Origin: Cenarchaeum sp.
Lineage (GTDB): Archaea > Thermoproteota > Nitrososphaeria > Nitrososphaerales > Nitrosopumilaceae
DNA length: 64,000 nt
Direction of reading: 5' to 3'
Assembly (NCBI GenBank): GCA_963692915.1
Contig: OY843584.1
Location: 512,001-576,000, forward strand
How positions within the stretch are numbered: the first letter of the stretch is position 1; every line of letters starts with the position of its first letter. This document shows, one piece after another, positions 50,778-60,999 of the stretch. A program made the translations under genes and the position numbers. The notes under the pieces are model-generated. The model did no database searches and was not told the DNA's origin. It saw only the letters and a list, made by a program, of their open reading frames with translations.

Positions 50778-51292
50778 GCTACTGCCACCCCAAACCTGTC
50801 AGTCACAAACGAGCGCGCCTCGTCAGCCGTTATAATGTGTGCGCCTCCAACGCTGGCCTTGTGCTTGCTCCTGCGGCTGATCGAGTTGCCTGGACGCGCA
50901 AGCGAGACGCAGACGTCAAGGCCGAGTATGCCCACCTTTGGGTCGTATTTCACGCCGGGCACGTCAATGTGCTCCTTTATCCCAAACGAAAAGTTGCCGT
51001 GGCCATCAAACGCCCTGCTGCGCACGCTGTTGTCGCGCGCCTCAAGAAGGCGCTTTAGGAGGGTTGTGGCATCCTCGCCGCGCACGGTCACTGCCACCCC
51101 GATGGGCTCACCCTTGCGCACGCCAAAGTCACGGTATGTCTTTTTTGCGTCGCGTGCACACGGTCTCTTGCCCGATATGTGCGCAAGGGCGGCCTTTGCG
51201 GCCTCGATTGCGTCGCCTGACTTGCCGATTCCCATGTTGAGGACGACCTTTTCGAGGTATATCACCTTCATTGGGTTGTCGCCTTCGCTCAC
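50774..51292 (-). CDS. rpl5: 50S ribosomal protein L5 (uL5)
   Basis: NPMKVIYLEKVVLNMGIG, FGVRKGEPIG, GNFSFGIKEHID. Confidence 0.95.
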   Translation of the reverse strand: MSEGDNPMKVIYLEKVVLNMGIGKSGDAIEAAKAALAHISGKRPCARDAKKTYRDFGVRKGEPIGVAVTVRGEDATTLLKRLLEARDNSVRSRAFDGHGNFSFGIKEHIDVPGVKYDPKVGILGLDVCVSLARPGNSISRRSKHKASVGGAHIITADEARSFVTDRFGVAVA

Positions 51293-52011
51293 TCCACCTT
51301 CACCGCCGGCTCGTTGCCCTGCCCTATGGCCATCACAATCTCTGCGGGCACGTCGACCTTCCTGTCGCCTAGGGCCATAGTCGCCATGGCCGGAAGGACA
51401 AACGTCCCCTTTTTTATGGCATCGACGGTTCCAGTGCCTCCCGCGTTTGCCCCGCGCGTGACCATTGCGAGGCATCCCGCATCAAGGCGTATGACCTTTT
51501 CGATCTTTTGATCCGGCACGCCCAGGACGCAAGAGTCGCCCACGCCCACGGCCTCCTCAGTTATGAGCGAGCGGCCGTCGTGGAAGCCCACCTGTGTCTT
51601 GCCTCCGCGGATCGTCACCTTTGATGTGACCTTGCATATCTTTTTGCCCATCTCGGCCGGGTCGTCGACCTTTATGGGGCGCAGTATCTGGCCGTCCCTT
51701 GGGATCATGCGATACATTGCGCCACTGCCTCCGAGCTCGACTGTGTCCATCAGGCCAATTCCGTGATGGAGTGACTTGCGAACGACGCCGTCGACCTTTA
51801 CCTTGCCGGCATATATTGCGGACTTTGCCTCGCGCAGAGTGCGAACCACGCCGAGGATGTCCCTGAGCAGGACTGCGGTGGGCACTGAGAGGCTACGCGC
51901 ATGCTGGCCAGGCTTTACTGTCACGACAAAGCGCTTGTTCTTGCGCGATATTCCCCAAAAGCCCGGCGCCATTTGGCGCTTTAGCTTTTTGCTGCCGGCA
52001 ATGCTGACCAC
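51289..52011 (-). CDS. rps4e: 30S ribosomal protein S4e (eS4)
   Basis: KKLKRQMAP, VKVDGVVR, GLMD, HDGR. Confidence 0.95.
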   Translation of the reverse strand: MVSIAGSKKLKRQMAPGFWGISRKNKRFVVTVKPGQHARSLSVPTAVLLRDILGVVRTLREAKSAIYAGKVKVDGVVRKSLHHGIGLMDTVELGGSGAMYRMIPRDGQILRPIKVDDPAEMGKKICKVTSKVTIRGGKTQVGFHDGRSLITEEAVGVGDSCVLGVPDQKIEKVIRLDAGCLAMVTRGANAGGTGTVDAIKKGTFVLPAMATMALGDRKVDVPAEIVMAIGQGNEPAVKVE

Positions 52012-52544
52012 TAGGTGCTCGCCTCCGTTGTGCGCTTGGCCGCCTTTTTGGCGCCGCCCCTTGCGGCATCGGCCTTCTTTGGTGCGGGCGCAACATCGCG
52101 TGCTGCCTCTTTGGCCGTTTCGCCTGTGGCGTCAGAGTCCGCCGTGCCCTTGGCACCATGCCCTGCCGCCTCGCTCGAACCGCTGTGCCCGCGCGTGGAC
52201 TCGCCGCGTATGCGCTTCATTCTCCTAGAGTCATCAGAGTTTAGCGTTGTCACGACCACATTTGAGGAGTGTATCTCGACGTCAAACTTTTCGCCCTTGC
52301 CCTTTTCCTTCTTTACGCCCTCGATTGCGATTCGGCCTCCGAGCGCAAAGACCGAGGAGACCTTGCCCTCGACATCCTTGTACTCGCCGCGAACCACCTT
52401 TACCGTGTCGCCCATGACGACCCTTACGCTGCGCCGCGAGTGCTTTTGGCGCAGATCCGATGAGAGCGCGGCTCCGAGTTGCCTCGAGCGCACATTGTGC
52501 GTTGCCTGCCATATCTGCTTGTTGCGCATCTTTGAGGGCTTCAT
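52011..52544 (-). CDS. rpl24: 50S ribosomal protein L24 (uL24) with Ala/Lys-rich C-terminal tail
   Basis: [25 protein letters not shown]. Confidence 0.93.
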   Translation of the reverse strand: MKPSKMRNKQIWQATHNVRSRQLGAALSSDLRQKHSRRSVRVVMGDTVKVVRGEYKDVEGKVSSVFALGGRIAIEGVKKEKGKGEKFDVEIHSSNVVVTTLNSDDSRRMKRIRGESTRGHSGSSEAAGHGAKGTADSDATGETAKEAARDVAPAPKKADAARGGAKKAAKRTTEAST

Positions 52545-52545
52545 G

Positions 52546-52980
52546 TCATGCCACCATCGATGCCAGGTTTGCTAGCCTTGGCCACTTTTCTGACGCCTCT
52601 GAGGCGACCGGGCCCTTTATCTCGGTGCCCTTTACCTCGCCCTCCTTTGTCGTGAGCACAGCCGCATTGTCCTCAAAGGTCACGCGCACGCCATGGAGCC
52701 TGCGCACAGGGTACTTTTGCCTGATGATGACGGCCCCATAGACCTGCTTGCGGAGCTCGGCAGGACCCTTTTTGACCACAACATTGACAAAGTCGCCGAC
52801 GGCCGCAGCCGGCAGCCTAGAGACGCGCGTCTTTGTCTTTTGAACCATGACTATCTCGAGTATCTTGGCGCCGGTATTGTCAGCACAGACGACCTGTGCG
52901 CCTATGGGCAGCGCCCTGGTGACATACGGCCTAAACTCCTCGACACCGCGCGTCTTGCCGCGGCTGCGACCCTGCGACAA
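52546..52980 (-). CDS. rpl14: 50S ribosomal protein L14 (uL14)
   Basis: [21 protein letters not shown]. Confidence 0.96.
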   Translation of the reverse strand: MSQGRSRGKTRGVEEFRPYVTRALPIGAQVVCADNTGAKILEIVMVQKTKTRVSRLPAAAVGDFVNVVVKKGPAELRKQVYGAVIIRQKYPVRRLHGVRVTFEDNAAVLTTKEGEVKGTEIKGPVASEASEKWPRLANLASMVA

Positions 52981-53310
52981 CTAGGGTTTCGCCTCCACTA
53001 CTACGAACGAGACGGACTTTGAGACCGGCCTGCACTCGGCTGCCATGACCTTCATTCCCACGCTGACGTCAATGTTGGATGGCACGTGCGCGTGTATTCT
53101 GCTGCGGCTGCGCGCGTACCTCTTGAACTTTGATATGTATGCAGGCGTGTCCTTTTCGACTACGACGGTGTTCTTTGCGCTAGATGATACCACAATTCCC
53201 TCAAAGAGCCTTCCGCGGATCGGCAGCGTGCCGTTAAACGGGTTTTTTATGTCGCCATCTGCCGGTTCGCGTGGCGGTGCCGATATGTCGAGGCCAATAT
53301 TGCGCGTCAT
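52981..53310 (-). CDS. rps17: 30S ribosomal protein S17 (uS17)
   Basis: IRGRLFEGIVVS, KFKRY, ECRPVSKSVSF. Confidence 0.95.
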   Translation of the reverse strand: MTRNIGLDISAPPREPADGDIKNPFNGTLPIRGRLFEGIVVSSSAKNTVVVEKDTPAYISKFKRYARSRSRIHAHVPSNIDVSVGMKVMAAECRPVSKSVSFVVVEAKP

Positions 53311-53570
53311 CTGCGCGCGCCCCTCCTGTCATGTGGCCTGCCGACGAGGAGCGCCCCGTCAACTTCGACGGCACCTGAGCCGCCCATGTCTATGCTGAGC
53401 GAGGATCCCGCCTTTGGAATCCAGCGCGTGCGGCCGCCGTCACGCAGCGCAATCATTGACATTGTTTCATCCATTGCGGTTCCGGCCATGCCTACCAACT
53501 GCGCATTGGTCGAACGCATTACACGCATGTTTGCCCCGATGAGCTCGCGTGCGGCAATGGCGGTGATCAT
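53307..53570 (-). CDS. rnp1: Ribonuclease P protein component 1 (Rpp29/Pop4)
   Basis: ELIG..STN..G..DET..IPK..GRPHDR; located between L29 and S17. Confidence 0.85.
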   Translation of the reverse strand: MITAIAARELIGANMRVMRSTNAQLVGMAGTAMDETMSMIALRDGGRTRWIPKAGSSLSIDMGGSGAVEVDGALLVGRPHDRRGARR

Positions 53571-53770
53571 TGTGATGCCTCCTCGTTGATGCGCGTGAGC
53601 ATCCTGGCTATTGCCTTCCTCATTGGGCGAATTTTGCCGCTGTCCTTGCGAAGCGTCCCTTTTGAGGAGTCTGTGCGCATCTTTGTCAGCTCGGAGCGCA
53701 TCTCTAGTATCTTTTGGCGCATATCTGCCGTGCTGAGCTTGCGAATCTCCCTCATCTTTAGTCTCCCCAT
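53567..53770 (-). CDS. rpl29: 50S ribosomal protein L29 (uL29)
   Basis: EIRKLS..RKAIARMLTRINE. Confidence 0.93.
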   Translation of the reverse strand: MGRLKMREIRKLSTADMRQKILEMRSELTKMRTDSSKGTLRKDSGKIRPMRKAIARMLTRINEEASQ

Positions 53771-54540
53771 TAGGACTCGGCCTCCTTTGTGTTCTCTGCA
53801 CCAGAGTCAGCGCTCTTTGCATTCTTGGGATCAGTGCTTGCCTTCTTGGCACTGTCCTCACTCGAGCCTGCGCTTCTTGCCTTTTTGGGATCAACGCGCG
53901 TCTCTTCGGCCTTTTCGATGCGAATCTTTGGCCTCTTTGAGCCGGCGGACTTCATCTCAAAGCTCTCCCTTGCGCGGTACTCTTCTTCCTTTGCTATGCG
54001 TATGCGAATGCCGATGAGGCCCATGGGCGTCTCGACATGGACAATGTCCTCCTCCACGACGGCATCGGCAAATGCGCCTGCCCTGGGCAGGACGCCTATT
54101 GTGCGCTTTTCAAAGGCGGATCTGTCCCCGCGAAGCTTGCCTGAGGCCGTTATCTGCACGCCCTTTGCCCCTCCGGCCATGACCTGGCGCATCGTCCACA
54201 TCACTGCCCTGCGAAAGGCCGTGCCGCGCTTTATGTGTGAGGCGACCCTGTTGCACATGACTGTCGGGGAGAGCTCTGGCTTTGTGTTCTCCTTTACGGA
54301 GATGCGAGGATCCTTGTAGCCAAAGCGCGTCGCAATGTTGTCAGTGAGCCTGCGTATTCCCTCACCCTTGCGGCCAATGACGAGGCCAGGCCTCGTCACG
54401 TGAACCGTTATCGTTGTGCCCGTTGGGCGCGCCTCCACGTCGGCGCCAGAAAATCCGGCATCGCCAATCTCCTCGCGCAGGTATGCCATAAGCTGTAGCG
54501 TGTTATAGTTGTCGCGTATGGCGTTCTTTGTAGATGACAT
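53770..54540 (-). CDS. rps3: 30S ribosomal protein S3 (uS3)
   Basis: [34 protein letters not shown]; charged tail. Confidence 0.95.
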   Translation of the reverse strand: MSSTKNAIRDNYNTLQLMAYLREEIGDAGFSGADVEARPTGTTITVHVTRPGLVIGRKGEGIRRLTDNIATRFGYKDPRISVKENTKPELSPTVMCNRVASHIKRGTAFRRAVMWTMRQVMAGGAKGVQITASGKLRGDRSAFEKRTIGVLPRAGAFADAVVEEDIVHVETPMGLIGIRIRIAKEEEYRARESFEMKSAGSKRPKIRIEKAEETRVDPKKARSAGSSEDSAKKASTDPKNAKSADSGAENTKEAES

Positions 54541-54542
54541 GC

Positions 54543-54998
54543 CTATACCTCCTGGGCCACCAGCTCGACATGCGTGAGCGTATTGTTCTTTGGCGATGCC
54601 CTTCCAAACGCGCGTGGCGTAAAGCGCTCTATCACCATTCCCTTGTGGACAGTCGCGCCGACTATGCGGAGCCTGTCAAGGTCCATGCCCTTGTACTCGG
54701 CGTTTGCCTCAAGGTTGTCAAGGAGGCGGATAAACTCCGTTGCTGCCTTTACGGGATAGCGTCCGGCCATGACTCCAGGATCCGACTTGTGACCCACCTG
54801 TCTCTTGTAGCGGCGCATCGGAACCGCACGCTCTAGCCTCGTGACTGACTGTAGGTAGTCGCGCGCGGCCTCTAGCGTGAGCTTTTTGATGCTAACTGCT
54901 ATCTCGCGCGCATGCTTGTGTGATATCTGCCTCTCGCGCATTGCGGCGCGCACGTGGCGCGTCTCGTCATAGCCTTGGAACGCGTAACCGTATGCCAT
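54543..54998 (-). CDS. rpl22: 50S ribosomal protein L22 (uL22)
   Basis: [31 protein letters not shown]. Confidence 0.95.
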   Translation of the reverse strand: MAYGYAFQGYDETRHVRAAMRERQISHKHAREIAVSIKKLTLEAARDYLQSVTRLERAVPMRRYKRQVGHKSDPGVMAGRYPVKAATEFIRLLDNLEANAEYKGMDLDRLRIVGATVHKGMVIERFTPRAFGRASPKNNTLTHVELVAQEV

Positions 54999-55003
54999 GT
55001 CAA

Positions 55004-55399
55004 TCACTTTAGTGGCACATAGAGGCTTGACCTCGACGCCCCCACGCCAGGCGCTCCGTGGTTTACGCGCTTGTTTGTCACGACGAACTCGCCAAGATAG
55101 CGGCCTATCATCTCGGGCACAATGGTGACCTCGCGAAACTCCTTGCCAGAAAATACGCTTACCTTTGCGCCGACCATGTAGGGCAGGACGATGAGATCCC
55201 TGACGTGGGTTCGGATCTCCCCGCGTGACTCGCCTGCGCGCGCGGCCTTTATCTCCCGGGTCAGCTTGCGCTTGCCGTCAGTAAGACCGCGCGAGAGGGA
55301 TCTTCGCTGCCTCGCCGTGAACAGGCCAAACCAGCTCTCCGAGGGCATTGCCTCTAGCTCCTGCAGCGGAATTCCCCTATAGTCGAACTTTTTTACCAT
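55004..55399 (-). CDS. rps19: 30S ribosomal protein S19 (uS19)
   Basis: IRTHVRD, PEMIGRYLGEF, HGAPGVGASRSS. Confidence 0.95.
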   Translation of the reverse strand: MVKKFDYRGIPLQELEAMPSESWFGLFTARQRRSLSRGLTDGKRKLTREIKAARAGESRGEIRTHVRDLIVLPYMVGAKVSVFSGKEFREVTIVPEMIGRYLGEFVVTNKRVNHGAPGVGASRSSLYVPLK

Positions 55400-55438
55400 T
55401 GCTGGCTGCCTCTGAGGGGGGATTCACGCGTGGCCATA

Positions 55439-55705
55439 TTAGAGCATTCCTATTTTTGTGGCCAGATCGCGTGCCTTTTCGGCCGTCTCGAACTTTACGA
55501 ACGCCTTTTTGCCGTATATCGTGCGAGCCGTGTTGACGCCCACAGCCTTTTGGCCATAGAGCTCGCCTATGGCCTCAATGACCTGCGCCTTGGTCGCGGC
55601 CCTGTCCACGATAAAGCACACCTTTGCCTCCTTTTCGACCATCGCAAAGGTCTTCTCGGTGATGTACGGGCGAATGACCGTTGCCGTGGCCTCCTCGGCG
55701 TTCAA
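55439..55705 (-). CDS. rpl23: 50S ribosomal protein L23 (uL23)
   Basis: PYITEK, FIVDRAATK, VNT, KKAFVK. Confidence 0.93.
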   Translation of the reverse strand: MNAEEATATVIRPYITEKTFAMVEKEAKVCFIVDRAATKAQVIEAIGELYGQKAVGVNTARTIYGKKAFVKFETAEKARDLATKIGML

Positions 55706-56517
55706 CGTCGAACCTCCATGGCCTCTAGGTGCGGAGTGGCGATCTTTGATATCTCGCCGATCGCCGACTCGGTATAGACGGTGAGCCTTATTGGCGAGGC
55801 GCCCGGTGCAAGATCCAGCACGCTAAGGTCGCGCGCGCGGCAGACATCGACGCCGGGAACTGATCCGCACGCCCTGGAGAGTGCACCATCGTCACCTGTA
55901 ACGAACAGGACGCTCTTGCCGACCTTTTTGGTCCGTCCGCGCAGGGCCGGCTTGCCGCTGCGGCGCCCCCTTGCGAGGAGGCGCTCGACGTCCGGATAGA
56001 GGCCGAGTGCGCCAAGGAGTGCTGTGACGCCCTTTGCAGTCGACGTCTTTTCAACGTCGTCGCTGACAACAATTGGCAGGTTGGCCCCCTCTGGAACTCG
56101 GTGGCCGCGCTCCACGACTAGCGCCCTGTCCGCAGTTGCCGCAATCGCCGAGCAGAGCGCGAGCCTGCGCTCCTTGCGGTTTATCCTCTTGTGTATGCGC
56201 CGCTCGGCCTTTGGCGGGTGTGCCTGCCTGCCGCCGCGAACCGACGCGACGCCGGCGGCCTCGCCCTGGCGCCTCCCGCCACTGGTGCGGATTCGCGCAA
56301 TCCTTGCCTGCCCGTGGCCAGTTGGCGGGTCGGCTGACCTTGCCACCACATCCATGCCCGCAGTCGGGTGGGTTCCCTTTGGCTGAAAGTGGTGCGTGTT
56401 CATTATGGTGTATGCGCGAGTTATGATGTCGTTGCGCACGGGCGTATCAAAGACGCGCGGGAGCTCGACCTTTCCGCCGCCAGACCCGTCAGGCTTTACA
56501 ACTGCAACGCTTGTCAT
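55702..56517 (-). CDS. rpl4: 50S ribosomal protein L4 (uL4)
   Basis: GGRQAHPPK, INRKERRLA, LAPG..RLTVYT. Confidence 0.95.
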   Translation of the reverse strand: MTSVAVVKPDGSGGGKVELPRVFDTPVRNDIITRAYTIMNTHHFQPKGTHPTAGMDVVARSADPPTGHGQARIARIRTSGGRRQGEAAGVASVRGGRQAHPPKAERRIHKRINRKERRLALCSAIAATADRALVVERGHRVPEGANLPIVVSDDVEKTSTAKGVTALLGALGLYPDVERLLARGRRSGKPALRGRTKKVGKSVLFVTGDDGALSRACGSVPGVDVCRARDLSVLDLAPGASPIRLTVYTESAIGEISKIATPHLEAMEVRR

Positions 56518-57500
56518 GTGATTACCTCCAGAACGTTTGGCTTGGCGACCTTTGCGGCGGCGGCGCGCAGCGGTGCCCTGAGCTTTATGAGCCTTCGCGG
56601 CGTTCCTGGAACAGAGCCCATCAGCACGACATAGTCGCCCTTTACGTTGCCGAAGCGAAGGTGGCCGCCTGCGGGGTTTATCGGGTCATCATCCCCCGCG
56701 CTGCCCATGATCATTATGCGCTTGTTGTACTCTACGCGCTGGTGCGAGCCCATCTGGCCGGGACGCGGGACGGTATACATGACATACTGGGGCGATATTG
56801 GCCCAAGTGAGCCAAGCTCCCTGACGCTCTTTCTTGACTTGTGCTGTTTTCGCTTTGCGCCGTATCGCTTTATGACGCTCTGCCATCCCTTGCCGCGCGT
56901 TATGGCCGCAACATCAACGGTTGCGCCGGCCTCAAAAACCCTGTCAACGCCGACCTCCTTGCCAAGGAGTCCGGAGACATACTCGAACTGTGCAGTCACG
57001 TCGCCTCCGCCTATTGCGGCCTCAAATATGTATGGCGTCTTTTGGCCAGTGCCCACGTCCTCCGGGGTCACGGCGAGTATCGCAAACATCTTGCTTATCC
57101 GGCCAAGTGATGACTTTGCCGCATCTAGTGCGCCCTCGGCGCTCTTGAACGCCGCATGCTTGGAGATCTTTTTGGGAATGTCCTTTGCATAGACGTCAAA
57201 CTCGGCGTGATGGCCATCATGGTCTTGCGAGTAGCCCCTCACGCCAATGACTGTTGCCGGCGGAGTCACGATGATGGTTCCGACGCTGACTAGCTGCTTG
57301 CCGTGGTTTGGCGTGTGCTCGCGATCATCAATGCTGACGACCCGTACACACCCGGCCTTGAATCCCGCATGGGCCAGCATGCGCGGCTCGCCGTTAACGG
57401 TGGGCCACGTGCGAATCCTGGCCTCCATGGTCCCGGCGCGCTTTCGCGGCAGGTATGCAAGGCTGCCCCTGCGCGGCTGACTGTGCTTTCTGTGGCCCAT
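56514..57500 (-). CDS. rpl3: 50S ribosomal protein L3 (uL3)
   Basis: PRRGSLAYLPRKRA, GFKAG, PGQMGSHQRVEYNKRI, GSVPG. Confidence 0.96.
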   Translation of the reverse strand: MGHRKHSQPRRGSLAYLPRKRAGTMEARIRTWPTVNGEPRMLAHAGFKAGCVRVVSIDDREHTPNHGKQLVSVGTIIVTPPATVIGVRGYSQDHDGHHAEFDVYAKDIPKKISKHAAFKSAEGALDAAKSSLGRISKMFAILAVTPEDVGTGQKTPYIFEAAIGGGDVTAQFEYVSGLLGKEVGVDRVFEAGATVDVAAITRGKGWQSVIKRYGAKRKQHKSRKSVRELGSLGPISPQYVMYTVPRPGQMGSHQRVEYNKRIMIMGSAGDDDPINPAGGHLRFGNVKGDYVVLMGSVPGTPRRLIKLRAPLRAAAAKVAKPNVLEVIT

Positions 57501-57805
57501 TTGGGCAGGAGGCTCATTCTGCCCCTTTTAACTATTATTGGCTAGCCGGCGTATGGGGCAAGCACCCCTGCCCATTTTGGCCAAATTGGCGTGATCCTGC
57601 CGACTCGCCTATCGCCTATCGCAGATGCGCTATACTGTGCGCATTGCCATGCGGCAATGGCGCCATTGGCCCCGGGCAGCACGCGCAATGGCCAAAAGGC
57701 TCGCATCATTCCACAAGCGCCAAGAGCGCAATCCACAAAAATGCCCCACCGGCTGCAATGCCTGCGCCGCCGGCAGCCATTGCGAGGACGAGGCGCCTAC
57801 GTGCC

Positions 57806-58624
57806 CTATGCACTCTCACCACCGCCGGGTGCCGCATCAAGTATGGACAGCGTGCCGAGGATCGCCTCTTCGAGCCTGACGGTTGCCGTGCGCTGGTTTG
57901 GAAAAAAGTTGACCATTTTCGCGTTTTGCACCCGTGCGGCCTGTGAGCCAAGAATCTGTGGAAGGCCCCTGTCAGAGGAACCAAAGACGACTAGCGTATT
58001 GCCGTTGCGTGCCCTGCGCGCCGCTCCCGCACCGCCGGGCTTGCCGCGCCGCGATGTGAGTATGACCGGACCGTTCCATGAGCGCAGCAGCTCAATGAGG
58101 CTAGAGCGCGCAAGCACGCCGTATCCCCAGTAGCCCGGCGCCTCTGCGGCGCTTACCTCCTTTGATGCGAGCTCGGGCGGGCCGGACTTTAGGCGAACCG
58201 TGACGCGCGAGCCGGCGCGCTTGTCCCCGCGATACGCAAGGGGCCGGCCGAGGCCAACGTCGACGACCTTTGATCCGCGTACGACGGCCACGACACCCTC
58301 GCGAACGTCACCTGCCCTGACGTCGCGCACGTGGCGCGGGACTGTGTGGCTTGGAATCTGCAGCGGGTGCATGACGCCGACGTGGCGGAGTGCGTCGATC
58401 CTTGGATAGAGGACGCGGCGCAGGTACTGCGGGGTCTCGGCATAGCGCAACAGGCTCACAAGAAACGACGCGTCCTCGCGCGATGCGCGATCGCCATACA
58501 CGTACACCTCCCTGACCCCAAATATCGCGCACGCGCGGGCGATCGAGGACGCCTTTCTGGTCTTGGACTCGCGCGTCGGCTCATCAGATATGGCCGAGTC
58601 CGGAATTGCCACTGAAAGTGCCAT
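57806..58624 (-). CDS. SPOUT-family putative RNA methyltransferase (DUF171)
   Basis: SVAIPDS, ARACAIF, YAETPQYLR, YWGY, PNQRTATVRLEEA. Confidence 0.88.
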   Translation of the reverse strand: MALSVAIPDSAISDEPTRESKTRKASSIARACAIFGVREVYVYGDRASREDASFLVSLLRYAETPQYLRRVLYPRIDALRHVGVMHPLQIPSHTVPRHVRDVRAGDVREGVVAVVRGSKVVDVGLGRPLAYRGDKRAGSRVTVRLKSGPPELASKEVSAAEAPGYWGYGVLARSSLIELLRSWNGPVILTSRRGKPGGAGAARRARNGNTLVVFGSSDRGLPQILGSQAARVQNAKMVNFFPNQRTATVRLEEAILGTLSILDAAPGGGESA

Positions 58625-58666
58625 GTGGCACGTGCCCTGCGCGCCGCAATAAAAGGAGTGTGGGCA

Positions 58667-59410
58667 CTATGGGCCGGCGCTGTCGACATATGCGGTCTTT
58701 GCCGCATTGGTGATGGACTCTACGTCCGCATCTGAGACTATCTCAAAGGTGCGCGTGCTCGCAGACACACGGGCCATCCTGATGCGACTTCCCTTGTCAG
58801 CGTCGCTGCGCGACATCTGTATTGCCGCCGCTGCAAGCTTTGTCGCATCATCAAGCCCCATGTCCGCACTGTAGGCCTTTTCAAGGAATTTTGTGACGTC
58901 GTCAGTTCCTGCGCCGATGGCCACGGCATCATACGATATGTACGTCCCGCTCGGGTCAGTCAGGAACAGCCTGCCTATTCCGTCACCGTCGACTCCGGCG
59001 AGTATGAGCGCGACGCCAAACGGCCTCACGCCGGCAAACTGCGTGAACTGCTGTGCCTGGTCGGCGATGTGCCTTGCGACCGTCTCGACATCGACGTCCT
59101 CGTCGTATATGAGGCGGTTGCTCTGTGAAAAGAACCTCGCATTGTCAACCTGGCTTCTGGCGTCCGGAATGTATCCGGCGGCGGCAACGCCGATATGGCC
59201 GTCAACCTGGAATATCTTTTGGAGCCTGTCTGATATCTGGAGCTTGCGCGAGCTCTCCTCGACTCCGATCACGATGCCCTCGCGCGACTTTACGCCCACT
59301 GCGATAGTTCCACGCCTGACTGTCTCGATGGCGTACTCGACCTGGTACAGGCGCCCGTCAGGCGAGAATACGGTTATGGCCCTGTCATAGCCCTGCTGCG
59401 CTGGAAGCAA
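58667..59410 (-). CDS. psmA: Proteasome alpha subunit
   Basis: GYDRAITVFSPDGRLYQVEYA, RPFGVALI, TDPSG. Confidence 0.96.
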   Translation of the reverse strand: MLPAQQGYDRAITVFSPDGRLYQVEYAIETVRRGTIAVGVKSREGIVIGVEESSRKLQISDRLQKIFQVDGHIGVAAAGYIPDARSQVDNARFFSQSNRLIYDEDVDVETVARHIADQAQQFTQFAGVRPFGVALILAGVDGDGIGRLFLTDPSGTYISYDAVAIGAGTDDVTKFLEKAYSADMGLDDATKLAAAAIQMSRSDADKGSRIRMARVSASTRTFEIVSDADVESITNAAKTAYVDSAGP

Positions 59411-59462
59411 TGCGGCATGCCCGATTAACGTTTAATTTAAGTCATGCCGCACACGCACGCCA

Positions 59463-59879
59463 TTGAGGTTTGAGATCGAGTTTTTTGGGCACGAGAACGT
59501 GCGTGCGCTGCACGAGAAGACCATAGAGGTCACGCGTGATGGCGCACTCACGCCCGCCGGGGACTGCGTCATCGGCGTGGGGGCCTCATGCGCGTGCGCA
59601 GGCCTGCCTGATGCGCTAAAGGCGCGCCTGCGCGATGCCTCCGCAGAGGTGAGGATCGAGATCGCAGTGGACAGCATGGCCTTTGCCGTGCGTGGCAGGG
59701 GCGACCCGTCCCTGGCCCTGAGTGACGCGCGTGACATTGTCGTGCGAAAGAGCTCATACGCGTGCCCGCGCACGATTGCCGTGGGGTGTGATGCGGCATC
59801 TGACTCGATGCCCCGCGAGATGGTCCGCGCGCTGCGCGAGCAGGGCGTGCGGGCGACGCTCTCAATAGAGGTTTGCTAG
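59463..59879 (+). CDS. DUF371 family protein
   Basis: GHENVRALHEKTIEVTRD..LTPAGDCVIGV, VRKSSY..RT. Confidence 0.85.
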   Translation: MRFEIEFFGHENVRALHEKTIEVTRDGALTPAGDCVIGVGASCACAGLPDALKARLRDASAEVRIEIAVDSMAFAVRGRGDPSLALSDARDIVVRKSSYACPRTIAVGCDAASDSMPREMVRALREQGVRATLSIEVC

Positions 59880-59917
59880 GTCAGACTTATAGCCCACATG
59901 GGCGCCAGCAGGGCACG

Positions 59918-60040
59918 ATGAGCCCGCTTCTCTCAAAGGTTCTAGTCATAGTGCCCCTTGCAATCATGGCTGGCGTCATATTCGGGTTTGGCATATACAA
60001 CACGCTCTGCAAAAACTCCAACATTGAACTGGGCTGCTAG
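59918..60040 (+). CDS. Putative 40-aa single-TM microprotein
   Basis: MSPLLSKVLVIVPLAIMAGVIFGFGIYNTLCKNSNIELGC; CTTATAG about 30 nt upstream; TAG stop. Confidence 0.55.
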   Translation: MSPLLSKVLVIVPLAIMAGVIFGFGIYNTLCKNSNIELGC

Positions 60041-60109
60041 CGCGCCTTGCGCTGCATGTGGATCCCGACGCACCACGATCCTAATAAGCGCCGATGACAT
60101 GGCCGGGGC

Positions 60110-60442
60110 ATGGGGTCGCAAATAGAGGCCGAGCTTGGCGGAGATGCCACTGCCGAGCAGCTCGACGAGATACGCGAGTGCCTGCGCGAGATGCCAGTCT
60201 CGGAGGCACTCGCGGGCCTGCGATTTGCCCGGCGCAGGTGGGAGTCCAAGGACTCCGGCACGCTTCGCGTGGGTCGCAAGAGCATCGTGCAAAAGGAGGT
60301 TCACTCCGTCACTGCCGAGCAGGCCAGGTGGCGCCTGGACAACTGGCGGCTCATGGTGACCAACTATCGAAGGCGCGGATACAGCTATCCGACCATTAGC
60401 CGCATAAAAAAAGAGCTTGCGGTCCGTGCCGGCAAACCCTAG
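60110..60442 (+). CDS. Hypothetical protein
   Basis: 110 aa ending YRRRGYSYPTISRIKKEL; shares a CTAG stop with the convergent gene. Confidence 0.7.
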   Translation: MGSQIEAELGGDATAEQLDEIRECLREMPVSEALAGLRFARRRWESKDSGTLRVGRKSIVQKEVHSVTAEQARWRLDNWRLMVTNYRRRGYSYPTISRIKKELAVRAGKP

Positions 60443-60936
60443 GGCTTGCGACCGCCGGTTATTCCCGATGCGTGATCCCATGTCGAATAGTATGATGGCT
60501 CTATCTCTATGAGCACGGACTGGCCAGCCTTTACGCCATCGAGCAGTGCGGCCGCAATGTCATTGTCAAGGCTTCCGGTGTACTTTAGCATGATTCTCTC
60601 GGCTATGGGCAGCGCCATGCCAATGTCCTCATGCAGCGTCGCGATGCCCTTGCCGCGAACTCCCCTGTACGGGACGCGCTCGTCATCGACGCAAAAATAC
60701 ACGCGTGATGTCCTCCTGATGTTGGCCACCTTTTTGGATGCCCTGGAGGCGTCAATGTAGAGCCTTTCACGCTCATAGACATACCACACGGGATGGACGT
60801 TGGCATCACCGTCAGCATCAACGGTGCCAAGCTGCAGGTTTAGCTTGCTCTTTTCCAAAAAGTCAATGGCCTGTCCCTCTTGCAGGGCATCGCCGAATCC
60901 GGGGCTTGCGTGATATATCCTCAAGTCTGCGCGCAT
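60439..60936 (-). CDS. Pyridoxamine 5'-phosphate oxidase-like (possibly F420-binding) protein
   Basis: LGTVDADGDANVHPVWY, SKKVANIR, PYRGVRGKG, STWD. Confidence 0.85.
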   Translation of the reverse strand: MRADLRIYHASPGFGDALQEGQAIDFLEKSKLNLQLGTVDADGDANVHPVWYVYERERLYIDASRASKKVANIRRTSRVYFCVDDERVPYRGVRGKGIATLHEDIGMALPIAERIMLKYTGSLDNDIAAALLDGVKAGQSVLIEIEPSYYSTWDHASGITGGRKP

Positions 60937-60999
60937 TGTGCGCCACGGGTTTTAAAACGCTTTGTGGCCGTGCATGGCATACAGAGTTCGTGCCCTGGT

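Noticed and set aside
52011-53950. Low-complexity tails on L24 and S3
   Set aside because: Charged C-terminal extensions are common on these proteins in this lineage; only a small internal duplication ([16 protein letters not shown]) is present.
55399-55439. Absence of rpl2 between L23 and S19, and the operon ending at L6
   Set aside because: As far as I recall this split arrangement is normal in Nitrososphaerota; there is no remnant or scar.
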